A stretch of DNA of 58,377 nucleotides from a virus (IMGVR_UViG_3300043172_000336:1-58377); one strand, 5' to 3'. Positions 6,174 to 15,677 are shown, counted from the stretch's first letter. The notes: generated by a model from the letters alone, not told the origin. A program made the numbers and translations.

Positions 6174-6892
6174 TGGACGACGTTACTATTATCGTGCCGT
6201 ACTACCGAAACCCTCTGATGCTGGAGCAGCATGTTCGGTCCTGGGATCTGTTCCCATACAACTTCAAATTTATCGTCGTTGACGACGGCAGCCCTGAACC
6301 AGTAGAGTCGATTCCTAACTCACGGATTAAAGTTCTTCGCATAGAAGAAGACATCCCGTGGAACCGAGCTGGCGCTCGTAACCTTGGCGCACATGTTGCA
6401 GACACCGATTGGATAATCCACATGGATATCGATCATTTTATGCCGCTCAACACAGCCGTCGCCCTGGCCCAATTCACTGCGCTCTCGGACCACTGGTATC
6501 GGTTCGCCAGGTACCGGTTCGGCGCGGCGGATGCTACGCGCAAGAAAGATGATCTCCCTGACGACGTGATGTTTGGCAAGGTCAAGCCCCACATGGACTC
6601 CTACATGGTTGAGCGGAGTATGTATTGGGCGCTCGGTGGGTACGACGAGGACTACTCAGGCTCTCTGGGCGGCGGTGTGCCGTTCGTTAAGGAGCTGGAG
6701 AAGGCAGGCATCCGGCAGGACCTGGACGACCCCTACTACCTGTATGTGTACACTACGGACGCCATATCGGATGCTTCTGACTCATCGCTGAGTCGGGACA
6801 AGGCACGGTATAGCGAGATCCGCAAATCCAAGGCTGATGGAAAAGTACCTAAAAAGGAGCCGTTGCAATTCAAATGGAAGACCGTAGATTAA
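6173..6892 (+). CDS. GT2-like glycosyltransferase with GT7-C-type C-terminal motif
   Basis: IIVPYY, IVVDDGS, GARNLGA, MDIDH, GGYDEDY; start 6173 (GGAGG RBS, TGATG). Confidence 0.85.
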   Translation: MDDVTIIVPYYRNPLMLEQHVRSWDLFPYNFKFIVVDDGSPEPVESIPNSRIKVLRIEEDIPWNRAGARNLGAHVADTDWIIHMDIDHFMPLNTAVALAQFTALSDHWYRFARYRFGAADATRKKDDLPDDVMFGKVKPHMDSYMVERSMYWALGGYDEDYSGSLGGGVPFVKELEKAGIRQDLDDPYYLYVYTTDAISDASDSSLSRDKARYSEIRKSKADGKVPKKEPLQFKWKTVD

Positions 6893-8181
6893 CAACCTAT
6901 CCCAAAGTTTGGGATGAAGCGGAGACACTCAACCGGCTAATGCGGGGCGCTTCGCTTGCTCGCTTTGGTGACGGCGAGATCAAGCTCATGCTCGGCGGCG
7001 ACCAACTGCGTGAGCCAAAGAACAAGAGGCTCCAGGCTGAACTTCTCGCGGCGCTGAATATCAAACTTCCGAATTACATTATTGGTATCCCAACCATGAA
7101 CCCGGAGGGGTTGAAGTATGTCTTCTGGCATAAGTTCGAAGCACGGATTTTGAGTATTTTGAAGAAGCGCCCGGAATACCATTCTGCGTTTATTACTCGT
7201 CCTGACAGCGCCCCCTGGATAATGAATCGCACGTTTGTCGAGTGCTTTCGATCACTGTGGTTTAATAAAAGGGTTACACTCGTTGCAGAAGACAGCAAAG
7301 TAAAAATTCATAAGGTGATCCATGACTATGCTAAAAAACTTACTCTTGTACGCTGTCCGCATGATGAAGCGCACGCCTCCATTGATGTACTCGAAGATCG
7401 AGTTGTGGCTTCTGATCCTGAGATCGCAATTTTATCCGCCGGTCCTACTGCTACTTGTCTTGTTCCTCGTCTTGTTAGGCGTGGCATTCAGGCAATAGAT
7501 GTAGGGAGCATCGGCGGGCTGCTGCTTACTGTGTTCCCATTAAAAGATGTCGAAGTCTATGGTGAGGTCCAGACACTTGATCTTGTATTAGCCGGAGCCA
7601 GCATCGCCCGCTTCGGTGACGGCGAACTTAAGATCCTGCGAGGCCACGACATCGACTGCCAGCCGTGCCACAAACATTTACGCGGTGCGTTCCAGAAGAT
7701 CATCCTTAACCAGAACCCTGAGATCCTTGTCGGTATTCCACGCCCTGATAAGCTCAGCCCGAAGTACGAGAAGTGGATGGGTTTCATGGCCCACTACGAA
7801 GGGTGGCTCAGCCGGAAGCGTCCGTACGGATCTGCGTTTATTACTCGGGCTGATAGTGCCCCCTGGATCGATACCCCGGAGTACTGGGCCAAGCTGAAGC
7901 AGCTTTGGGAAGGGAAGCATGTTTGCCTGGTCTGGGGTGGAGAGACAGCTTCACTGGTCCCCGCTAAAGTGCGGGGTACAAAACAACTCGATAAGATTAA
8001 GTCGCGCCCCAATAATGCGTGGAAAGACAAAGATAATATCCTCAACCAGATTCGAAAGTTGCAGCCTCAACCGGAGGTCGTCCTCCTCTGCCTGGGGCCG
8101 ACAGCAACTGCACTCGTCCCGGACATCGCTGCCATGGGCATCCAGGCAGTTGACCTCGGCCACGTCGGGAGATGGATGTGA
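6874..8181 (+). CDS. tandem GT-D-fold (DUF1792) glycosyltransferase
   Basis: Two internal copies of S[LI]ARFGDGE ... SAFITR.DSAPWI ... GPTAT.LVP ... GIQA[IV]D[VL]G. Confidence 0.85.
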   Translation: MEDRRLTTYPKVWDEAETLNRLMRGASLARFGDGEIKLMLGGDQLREPKNKRLQAELLAALNIKLPNYIIGIPTMNPEGLKYVFWHKFEARILSILKKRPEYHSAFITRPDSAPWIMNRTFVECFRSLWFNKRVTLVAEDSKVKIHKVIHDYAKKLTLVRCPHDEAHASIDVLEDRVVASDPEIAILSAGPTATCLVPRLVRRGIQAIDVGSIGGLLLTVFPLKDVEVYGEVQTLDLVLAGASIARFGDGELKILRGHDIDCQPCHKHLRGAFQKIILNQNPEILVGIPRPDKLSPKYEKWMGFMAHYEGWLSRKRPYGSAFITRADSAPWIDTPEYWAKLKQLWEGKHVCLVWGGETASLVPAKVRGTKQLDKIKSRPNNAWKDKDNILNQIRKLQPQPEVVLLCLGPTATALVPDIAAMGIQAVDLGHVGRWM

Positions 8182-8354
8182 TCGCTGCCTTCAAAGGTGT
8201 GCCCGAAGCTGAGCGCCTGGTCGAGGCCGTTCGGAATTATAAAGGGGGTGATGACCACGAAAGAAGGTTTTTACGCGGCGTGGTTACCTTCTATAAAGCC
8301 CGCCAGCAGCGACCGCAGGTGGTGAGATTTCTGGAGTATGTGCTGTATGGATAA
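8172..8354 (+). CDS. small hypothetical protein inside the glycosyltransferase cluster
   Basis: 60 aa, overlaps both neighbours, GGGAG RBS. Confidence 0.55.
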   Translation: MDVIAAFKGVPEAERLVEAVRNYKGGDDHERRFLRGVVTFYKARQQRPQVVRFLEYVLYG

Positions 8355-9060
8355 TATTCAGCTCATCTATCCGTACTACGACAACCCCGGCATGTTCTAT
8401 GAACAGCAGTCCGTTTGGGCTGAGTGGGACCGCGAGCTTAAAGCTAAAGTCAAGATCATCATGGTCGATGACAGTAGCCCTAACGACGCCGCTGAAAAAT
8501 ATTACTGCTCCGTCCCCGGCCTGGACTTTGAACTATACCGGGTGCATAAAAATATCCCCTGGAATCAGAACGGCGCTCATAATCTCGCCATGCACGTAGC
8601 TGATGACGGCTGGTGTTTGATGACGGACATCGATCATGTGCTGTCGAACGAGAACCTGGCGAGGCTGTTAGCCATCGAGCCAGATGAAGGCATGTACTAC
8701 ACTCTTGGGCGGCGTCAGTTCGGCCATCTACGTGTGCCTTATAAACGGCACCCCAATTCCTGGCTCCTGACGAGGGAGATGTTTTTGACGAGCGGCGGGT
8801 ACGACGAAGACTTCTCTGGATACTACGGCTCCGACAGTGTTTTCAAAGTCGCGCTTTCTCATGTAGGAACGCACATCAAACTCGAACTGCCATATCTTAT
8901 TGTATATAACGAGGACGACATTCCAGATGCAAACACGCGAGAGTTCGAGCGTAAGCATTCGAAGTACTGGAGTTTGAATCACCCTCACCTGTTAGCAAAA
9001 CGCCGCCACTGGCGGATCGCCTTAAACCCCATTCGATTTCCCTGGGAGCGCATACTATGA
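8347..9060 (+). CDS. GT2-like glycosyltransferase with GT7-C-type motif (paralog of 6173-6892)
   Basis: LIYPYY, MVDDSS, IPWNQNGAHNLA, TDIDH, GGYDEDFSGYYGSD. Confidence 0.85.
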   Translation: MDNIQLIYPYYDNPGMFYEQQSVWAEWDRELKAKVKIIMVDDSSPNDAAEKYYCSVPGLDFELYRVHKNIPWNQNGAHNLAMHVADDGWCLMTDIDHVLSNENLARLLAIEPDEGMYYTLGRRQFGHLRVPYKRHPNSWLLTREMFLTSGGYDEDFSGYYGSDSVFKVALSHVGTHIKLELPYLIVYNEDDIPDANTREFERKHSKYWSLNHPHLLAKRRHWRIALNPIRFPWERIL

Positions 9061-9704
9061 AACTCAGTCACGGCTGGTACCACCACGATGTGATGAAAGG
9101 TCTCGGAACGTACATCCGTCGCTCGGGGGTTATTGACGCTGCTATGAAATATCTACCTCCTGAGCGCCGCCGCACAGTCCTCCAGGCAGGAGCGCACCAA
9201 GGAGTCTGGCCTGTCACTCTTGCGAAACTTTTTGAGCATGTGTTCGCGTGGGAGCCAATGCCAAGTAACTGGGAGTGCCTCGTCAAGAACACTGAAAAGA
9301 TCGACAACATTACGATTACGCTGGGCTGCCTCGGTGAGGAAGTAGGTGAAGTAATGCTTGAGGATAAGTCCAATAAAAATACGGGCGCATCTTTTATTAA
9401 CCCCAGGATAGGCACGCAGAGTGCGAAGCAGTTTCGTCTTGACGACTACAATTTCCCTACTCCTGTGGATGCGCTGTTCCTCGATGTTGAAGGGTACGAG
9501 CTTAAGATTTTATTGGGCGGCCACATCCTCATACACAACGACCGACCGGCACTGATTGTTGTCGAGGAAAACGGCTTACAGAAACGTCGATTCAGAATGC
9601 CTGAAAAGGCACTCGGTAAGTACCTGGAAACTTTTGGGTACCAGGCCGTGGAACGCTGGGAAGAAGATGTGATTTATATTCTGGAGGACAATCATTATGA
9701 TTGA
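9057..9704 (+). CDS. FkbM-family SAM-dependent methyltransferase
   Basis: QAGAHQG, VFAWEP, RLDD, LDVEGYE..IL.G. Confidence 0.85.
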   Translation: MKLSHGWYHHDVMKGLGTYIRRSGVIDAAMKYLPPERRRTVLQAGAHQGVWPVTLAKLFEHVFAWEPMPSNWECLVKNTEKIDNITITLGCLGEEVGEVMLEDKSNKNTGASFINPRIGTQSAKQFRLDDYNFPTPVDALFLDVEGYELKILLGGHILIHNDRPALIVVEENGLQKRRFRMPEKALGKYLETFGYQAVERWEEDVIYILEDNHYD

Positions 9705-10233
9705 TGCAGTAGAGGAGGGGTATCTTATTTCCCCGGAACACAAGGCGCGGTACGTCGAGTACTACGCCGACCGTCCCTTCAAAGATCGACCTCATAAATG
9801 GCAGGAGAAGGTCGAAGCGATTGCGAAGAAGATCGAGGCGAAGTCAGTCCTCGATTACGGGTGCGGCGTAACTCAGGCTTTGTCTCGTTGGTCGTCCCTG
9901 CCTGTGACGGACTATGACCCCGTCATTCCCCACCTGGACTGCCCTAACTTTAATCACAAGTTCGATCTGGTTGTCTGCAATCATGTCTTAGAACATGTCG
10001 AACCTGAGCGGCTCCACGATATCCTAGCGCATATAAAGAGCCTGACTGGTAAGGTCGTCTACATCGCGCTCTCCACTAAGCTGTCTACAAAGAAGCTCCC
10101 TGACGGTACTGAGTGGCATCTGCTTGTCCACAATAAAAAATGGTGGAACCAGCAGTTCAAGAAACACTTCCGAGCCTTCCACATCTTCGAGTCAGATGAG
10201 CGGACCTTTGAAATAATATGGGTGAGAAAATGA
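9697..10233 (+). CDS. class I SAM-dependent methyltransferase
   Basis: VLDYGCG, YDP, FDLVVCNHVLEHV. Confidence 0.85.
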   Translation: MIDAVEEGYLISPEHKARYVEYYADRPFKDRPHKWQEKVEAIAKKIEAKSVLDYGCGVTQALSRWSSLPVTDYDPVIPHLDCPNFNHKFDLVVCNHVLEHVEPERLHDILAHIKSLTGKVVYIALSTKLSTKKLPDGTEWHLLVHNKKWWNQQFKKHFRAFHIFESDERTFEIIWVRK

Positions 10234-10943
10234 TTAGAGTAGTATGTTGGTTATGGCCTCCAATGCGAAAATACCGAACGACGTTCACGTATGAACACGT
10301 CAACATCTTTCGCAACATGGTGGAGCGCCACCTGCACATGGAACACGAGGTTGTATGCATTACGAATATGGCAGATCGTATTGATCCTCGTGTCCGTATT
10401 GTTCCGCTGTGGGATGACTATGCTGATGTTGCTTCTCCTCATGGTGGTTTTTCTCCAGCGTGCTACCGAAGACTTAGAGCATTTTCCTCCGAGATGGAGA
10501 ATGTAATTGGCCCGCGTTTTGTTTCGATGGATCTCGATGTCGTCATTGTTGACGATATAACCCCCCTGCTGGACAGGGAAGATGACTTCGTTATTTGGGG
10601 GTCAGTGTTACGGGACACGCCATATAATGGCTCGATGTGGATGATGGACGCAGGCGCTCGCGAAGTGGTCTGGACTGATTTCAATCCGAGTATTTCGCCC
10701 ACACTGACGAGGAAAGCTGGCCTCCACGGATCTGACCAGGCGTGGATGAGCTACCGTCTCGGGGCACTTGAGAAGCGGTGGACACCTAAAGGTGACGGCG
10801 TGTATGCTTTCAGGTCGGATCTAAAACGTCGCCGGTATACGTTACCTGACGACACTAAGATTGTTTTCTTCCAGGGTGCCAACGACCCATGGGATGAATT
10901 TTCACGCAGGGTCGCGCCGTGGATCATGGAGCATTATAAATGA
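10230..10943 (+). CDS. GT-A-fold glycosyltransferase-like protein (paralog of 5457-6173)
   Basis: VVCWLW, CYRRL, MDLDVVI, YNGSM, GSDQAWM, IVFFQG..DPW; ATGA overlaps on both sides. Confidence 0.8.
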   Translation: MIRVVCWLWPPMRKYRTTFTYEHVNIFRNMVERHLHMEHEVVCITNMADRIDPRVRIVPLWDDYADVASPHGGFSPACYRRLRAFSSEMENVIGPRFVSMDLDVVIVDDITPLLDREDDFVIWGSVLRDTPYNGSMWMMDAGAREVVWTDFNPSISPTLTRKAGLHGSDQAWMSYRLGALEKRWTPKGDGVYAFRSDLKRRRYTLPDDTKIVFFQGANDPWDEFSRRVAPWIMEHYK

Positions 10944-12343
10944 GCGCATTGGTTAATTTCCGAACTCCCCCAACTGTTGGGAAGTTCATGCTCGATGACC
11001 ACTTCACTCGTCTCATCATGGGGCCGGTGGGGTCGGGCAAGTCAGCTGGATGCTTCATGGAACTACTGCGCCGGGCGCGACTGCAAGAACCAGACGGAGA
11101 AGGTGTACGCCGAACTCGCTTTGCGATCGTTCGAAATACTTTGCAACAGCTACGACAAACCTGCCTCGCGGATATCCAGCTGTGGCTGTCATCGGTGTGC
11201 AGCTATCGAGTTACTGACGCAACTGTACAAGTTCGCCTGGATCTAAAAGACGGCACCCGAGTCGAGTCTGACTGGATGCTGATCCCGCTCGATACAAAGG
11301 CTGATCAACAGCGCCTCCTGTCTCTCAACTTGACTGGTGCATGGGTGTCAGAGTTTCGTGAGATCGAACCCAGCCTCATCGATGCACTGTCAGGCCGCCT
11401 CGGTCGTTTCCCATCGAAGGCAATCGCTGAGCCTACCTGGTTCGGCATCATCGCTGAGTCAAATCCCCCTGACGAAGACTCAGTTTGGTACACCAAGATG
11501 GAAGTGGACCTACCTCCTAACTGGGTGCTGTTCAAGCAGCCCGGCGGACTAACCGAATTCGCGGAGAACGTCGATAACCTACCGAAGAATTATTACCAGA
11601 ACCTGGCCGACAATAACAACGCTGACTGGGTCGATATCCATGTTCACGCCAAGTACGGCAAGAGCCTCTCTGGTCAAGCTGTCTTTCGGTCCAGCTTCCG
11701 CCCCGGCTTTCATGTGGTCAAGGACCTGGAGCCGATCCCCGGTATGCCAATTATGATTGGGCAGGACTTTGGGCGAACCCCTGCTTCCCTGATGGGTCAG
11801 ATCGACAACCGTGGCCGACTCTGCATTTTTCACGAGTGTACATCTGAAGACATGGGTATCGAGCAGTTCTGCACAGCCAAACTCCGACCAATGATGTTTG
11901 AAAATTACGCCGGTAAAGAATCATTCATGATCGGTGATCCGTCGGGAAAATTCAAAGGTCAGATTACGGAGGAGTCTCCGTTCGATGCACTCAAGCGATT
12001 AGGGTTTAAGATTTACGCAGCGCCGACCAACGATGTGGAGCCACGACTGCGAGCTGTTGAACAACTCTTTCTGCACCAGGTTGATGGAGGACCGATGCTG
12101 CTCATCCACAGCGAGAACTGTCCTCTGTTGATTCAGGCGTTAAAGTTTTGGTATCGCTACCGCCGTAAAACTACAGGTATGTTAGAGGACCGTCCCGAGA
12201 AGACTCACCCTTGGTCTGATCTTGCTGATTGCCTTCAGTACATGTGCCTTGCCGTGAATGGCAATTACATCGGGAATATGATTGCTCGTCAGCGGCCACG
12301 GAAGAACAAGAAGCCTGCGATGACCTCCGCCGCCTGGAACTAA
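10940..12343 (+). CDS. terL: terminase large subunit
   Basis: Walker A GPVGSGKS, RFAIVRNT, ESNPP, nuclease motifs GQDFG, GDPSG, SDLADCLQY. Confidence 0.92.
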   Translation: MSALVNFRTPPTVGKFMLDDHFTRLIMGPVGSGKSAGCFMELLRRARLQEPDGEGVRRTRFAIVRNTLQQLRQTCLADIQLWLSSVCSYRVTDATVQVRLDLKDGTRVESDWMLIPLDTKADQQRLLSLNLTGAWVSEFREIEPSLIDALSGRLGRFPSKAIAEPTWFGIIAESNPPDEDSVWYTKMEVDLPPNWVLFKQPGGLTEFAENVDNLPKNYYQNLADNNNADWVDIHVHAKYGKSLSGQAVFRSSFRPGFHVVKDLEPIPGMPIMIGQDFGRTPASLMGQIDNRGRLCIFHECTSEDMGIEQFCTAKLRPMMFENYAGKESFMIGDPSGKFKGQITEESPFDALKRLGFKIYAAPTNDVEPRLRAVEQLFLHQVDGGPMLLIHSENCPLLIQALKFWYRYRRKTTGMLEDRPEKTHPWSDLADCLQYMCLAVNGNYIGNMIARQRPRKNKKPAMTSAAWN

Positions 12344-12816
12344 GCTGCTTCCGGTAACGCAGTAGCTTCGATTGCCACCGTGCGAATCTCTTTCTCTCCG
12401 GTATCGATGTGAATGTTGATGGTAGCTGCGTTTGCTCCAAGTCCTGCGTTTGCTGCATCCCGCTGGTTACGACCAGCCAGGACCGCCATCTGCTTAATAC
12501 TGTCGATGCGTTGCTGCGATGGTTTCTCGATGTCATGAGCAATCTCGTATAAAATGTGAATGGAATCTTCGAGGATAAGTTCGGCTTTCTTTGTGATTCG
12601 CTTCCCCGAGTTTAGGTCCCCGTGCCAGTCTCTTAGCGCCTCCTTTAGCATGTTGCGGAAGACCCGACTGATTTTGAGGGTTTCCCACTGGTCCTGGGAG
12701 ATCTCGTACTTTTCTCTGATGCCCTCCGCATCGGCAAGCCCAGCGGCTAATTCAGCGCATATGGTCGCGCTCAGATTGTGGATACCCAGGGGCTTAATGG
12801 TTGCTATTTCATTCAT
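12340..12816 (-). CDS. hypothetical protein, candidate small terminase subunit
   Basis: 158 aa with N-terminal HTH-like segment, helical middle and C-terminal strand (ATINIHID); lies between terL and portal. Confidence 0.55.
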   Translation of the reverse strand: MNEIATIKPLGIHNLSATICAELAAGLADAEGIREKYEISQDQWETLKISRVFRNMLKEALRDWHGDLNSGKRITKKAELILEDSIHILYEIAHDIEKPSQQRIDSIKQMAVLAGRNQRDAANAGLGANAATINIHIDTGEKEIRTVAIEATALPEAA

Positions 12817-12829
12817 ATTCTTTCGCCAG

Positions 12830-12859
12830 TTGACAACCCCTATAGCATACTCGCAAAAT
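12830..12859 (+). promoter_or_regulatory. putative promoter for the portal/head operon
   Basis: TTGACA-18 bp-CAAAAT in the short divergent intergenic gap. Confidence 0.45.
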
Positions 12860-12866
12860 GGGGGCT

Positions 12867-14999
12867 ATGGCTATCTCTAGTGGCATCCCAGTTCCGGTCG
12901 TCCCTGGCGGCGGTCTCATTCGAATCGTCTCGAACCAACAGCTAGTTGAGCAGGAAAAGTCTGCTGAACGAGAGGCGCAAAATCGAGTTGAGGATCGTCC
13001 GATGGGAATGCTTGCCCAGCATATCAGGGCACGCATGACCGACATGCGGAACTTCCGCAACGCTGAAGGAATTAGCGAACGATTGCTTTCTGCTCTGCGT
13101 ACTTATAAAGGGATGTACAACACGGCTAAGCTGACCGAAATTAAAAAGTTCGGGGGCAGTGAAGTTTATGCACGTATCACCGCAACCAAATGTCGAGCTG
13201 CGACTGCCCTACTCCGTGATGTCTTTCTCGGTAGTGAGCGACCTTGGTCTGTAGACGCCACCCCTGACCCCGAAGTTCCGTACGACATCAATGAACAAAT
13301 TCAGAATCTGGTCGCCACCGAAGTTGCGGTATTAGTTGCGACAGGTGAAGAGATTGACGACACAGCAATCGCAGATCGAGTCGGCACTCTCCGTAAAAGC
13401 GCCGTCCGCGCTGCAAAGAAACAGGCGGAGCTGGAAGCAGATAAAGCTCAAGCGATGATGGATGACATGCTCATAGAGGGAGGCTTCTATGATGCGTTCG
13501 CCGAGTTCCTGATCGACCTTCCGATCTTCCCTTACGCTGTTATGAAAGGACCGGTCGTCCGCAACGCTACACAAGTCAAGTGGGTAAATGGCACAGCGGA
13601 AACCGAATACACCCCGAAGATGTTTTGGCAACGTGTGTCTCCGTTTGATCTGTATTGGTCACCCGGTGCAGGCGAGGTGAAGCACGCAGAGTTTATCGAA
13701 CGGATTCGGGTATCCCGTGCTGAACTACAATCCTTGAAGGGAGTGGCTGGCTACAATGATGAACAAATTGATCTCGTCCTGGCTCAGTTTTACAACTCCG
13801 GTCTCCACGAGTGGTGGGATACAATCGACACAGAACGGGCTGAGCTGGAAGACCGAGAACGATGGGCACGTACAGCAACCACTCTTATCGATACCGCAGA
13901 ATACACCGGTTCCGTTTCGGGTACCCTCTTACGCGAATGGGGAATGTCAGAGCAAGATATTCCCGATCCGCTTGTCGAGTACCACGTCACTGCATGGATG
14001 ATCGACCGCTTTGTTATTAAGGTCCAGATCACACCCCAGCCTGACGAACGACCCCCCTACTTCATCAGCTGCTTTGAAAAGATCCCTGGCGCATTGATCG
14101 GGTATGCCCTACCAGACTTGCTGGAGGATGTACAGCAGATTTGTAACGCAGCTGTCAGATCCCTGGTGAATAACCTCTCTATTGCATCTGGTCCGCAGGT
14201 AATCATCAACGATGAAGTCCTGCAGCCTGGCGAGGACGACAGCCTGTATCCGTGGAAACGATGGCATGTCTCGTATGACCCGATGGTTTCCAGTGCTTCT
14301 ACCAGGCCGATTGATTTCTTCCAACCCAAATCAAATGCGACTGAGTTGCTCGGCGTCTATGAGAAGTGGGCGGTGATGGCTGACGAGATCTCTTCTCTGC
14401 CTCGATACATGACAGGTAGTGAGAAGGTCGGTGGCGCGGGCCGCACGGCATCTGGTCTCGCAATGCTCATGTCTAATGCTGCCAAGACGCTACAGAATGT
14501 CGCCGCACAAATTGACCGCGATGTTATACATCCGATTTTGCACGGTCTGTTCAATATGATTATGATCACGCAGCCGGGTGTGTTACGCGGCGATGAACAG
14601 ATCCAGGTGAAGGGTACCAAGCACGCCGTGAAACGAGAACAGGATCGTATGCGACAGCTTGAATTCCTGCAGCTGACAGCGAACCCGATCGACATGGGTA
14701 TTATCGGACCGGAAGGCAGATCACAAGTTCTTCGAAGTGTCGCCGGAAATCTGGGGTTAGATCATGAAAAAATTCTTCCAGACGAAATGGAACTGCAAGA
14801 CCGGATGGCTCAGATGGCTCAGGCCGAGCAACAGCAAGCTCAAACTGAGGCAGCGGGTAAAGGTCAGCCTAGTGCTGCACAAACTCCGGCCCCTGCTCAG
14901 GCTCGTGCTGGACCAGAACAAGTCCGACAAGACACAGGAGTTGAAGGACAATTCACGAACCAGGCGACAGGTCGCCCAGGAATGAGAGCCGGAGGCTAG
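12867..14999 (+). CDS. portal protein
   Basis: ~710 aa after terL; RVSPFDLYW, G..LPDLL.D.Q...N, RTASGLAMLM; Gln-rich C-terminal tail. Confidence 0.88.
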   Translation: MAISSGIPVPVVPGGGLIRIVSNQQLVEQEKSAEREAQNRVEDRPMGMLAQHIRARMTDMRNFRNAEGISERLLSALRTYKGMYNTAKLTEIKKFGGSEVYARITATKCRAATALLRDVFLGSERPWSVDATPDPEVPYDINEQIQNLVATEVAVLVATGEEIDDTAIADRVGTLRKSAVRAAKKQAELEADKAQAMMDDMLIEGGFYDAFAEFLIDLPIFPYAVMKGPVVRNATQVKWVNGTAETEYTPKMFWQRVSPFDLYWSPGAGEVKHAEFIERIRVSRAELQSLKGVAGYNDEQIDLVLAQFYNSGLHEWWDTIDTERAELEDRERWARTATTLIDTAEYTGSVSGTLLREWGMSEQDIPDPLVEYHVTAWMIDRFVIKVQITPQPDERPPYFISCFEKIPGALIGYALPDLLEDVQQICNAAVRSLVNNLSIASGPQVIINDEVLQPGEDDSLYPWKRWHVSYDPMVSSASTRPIDFFQPKSNATELLGVYEKWAVMADEISSLPRYMTGSEKVGGAGRTASGLAMLMSNAAKTLQNVAAQIDRDVIHPILHGLFNMIMITQPGVLRGDEQIQVKGTKHAVKREQDRMRQLEFLQLTANPIDMGIIGPEGRSQVLRSVAGNLGLDHEKILPDEMELQDRMAQMAQAEQQQAQTEAAGKGQPSAAQTPAPAQARAGPEQVRQDTGVEGQFTNQATGRPGMRAGG

Positions 15000-15001
15000 T
15001 C

Positions 15002-15316
15002 ATGAAACCCCGAACACACAAGTATGCAAATCAAGGTCCCCAGCTGATGAAAGATGGCGGGCGTGCTGGTAAGCAAACCAAACAACCCCCGAAGGATGAG
15101 AAAGGCCAGGGGACGAAACCAAAGGAAGGCGGCGAAGGACTGATGTCCAGATGGAAAGGCCGCTCGGCAAAAGCGTTGGAAGAAATGGGTATGGCTGATG
15201 GAGGCCGTGTTATGAAGAAGCCAGAGAAGGGTAAGAAACCAGTACGGATCACGACGAAGAACCCACCGGGGGGACCACAAACCCCAGGGGCTAAGAAGAA
15301 AAAGAAGAAGAAGTAG
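15002..15316 (+). CDS. small Lys/Gly-rich basic protein
   Basis: Follows the portal stop; MKDGG and MADGG motifs; poly-Lys C-terminus. Confidence 0.65.
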   Translation: MKPRTHKYANQGPQLMKDGGRAGKQTKQPPKDEKGQGTKPKEGGEGLMSRWKGRSAKALEEMGMADGGRVMKKPEKGKKPVRITTKNPPGGPQTPGAKKKKKKK

Positions 15317-15381
15317 CATTTATTAGCGAAAGTGGTAAGATTCAACAGACTTTACAGCATATGTTACCAGGAGAAATGGTC

Positions 15382-15675
15382 ATGGATGTAAGCGGAAACG
15401 GTGGTGGTGGCGAAGGCCATTCCCCATATGGGAAGCAAAGTGAGTTCCTTGGCGATACCAAAGGTAACCGTGATCTCGAAACGGATCGCACGCACCCGAG
15501 CGGTGGAACCGGCGAACCTCACGCGGCGTTCTCGAAGCAGAGCGAGTTCCTTGGTGACACCAAGGGCAACAGTGATCTGGCAACAGATCGTTCAAGCGGT
15601 GTTCCTTCTGGTTTCGGTGGCGGTCGGCATAAAGCTGGCGGCAGCGGTAAAGACCAGAGCGGACCGGGGCAGTAA
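15382..15675 (+). CDS. Gly/Ser-rich protein with an internal duplication
   Basis: AGGAG RBS 8 nt before ATG 15382; KQSEFLGDTKGNxDLxTDR occurs twice. Confidence 0.7.
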   Translation: MDVSGNGGGGEGHSPYGKQSEFLGDTKGNRDLETDRTHPSGGTGEPHAAFSKQSEFLGDTKGNSDLATDRSSGVPSGFGGGRHKAGGSGKDQSGPGQ

Positions 15676-15677
15676 TC

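Noticed and set aside
5457-10943. Gtr-type O-antigen conversion cassette or host LPS island
   Set aside because: No flippase, bactoprenol transferase or polytopic membrane protein; genes are coupled to the terminase
11330-11365. Terminase Walker B reads WVSE rather than hhhhDE
   Set aside because: The catalytic Glu and all other ATPase and nuclease motifs are intact, so I do not call it inactive
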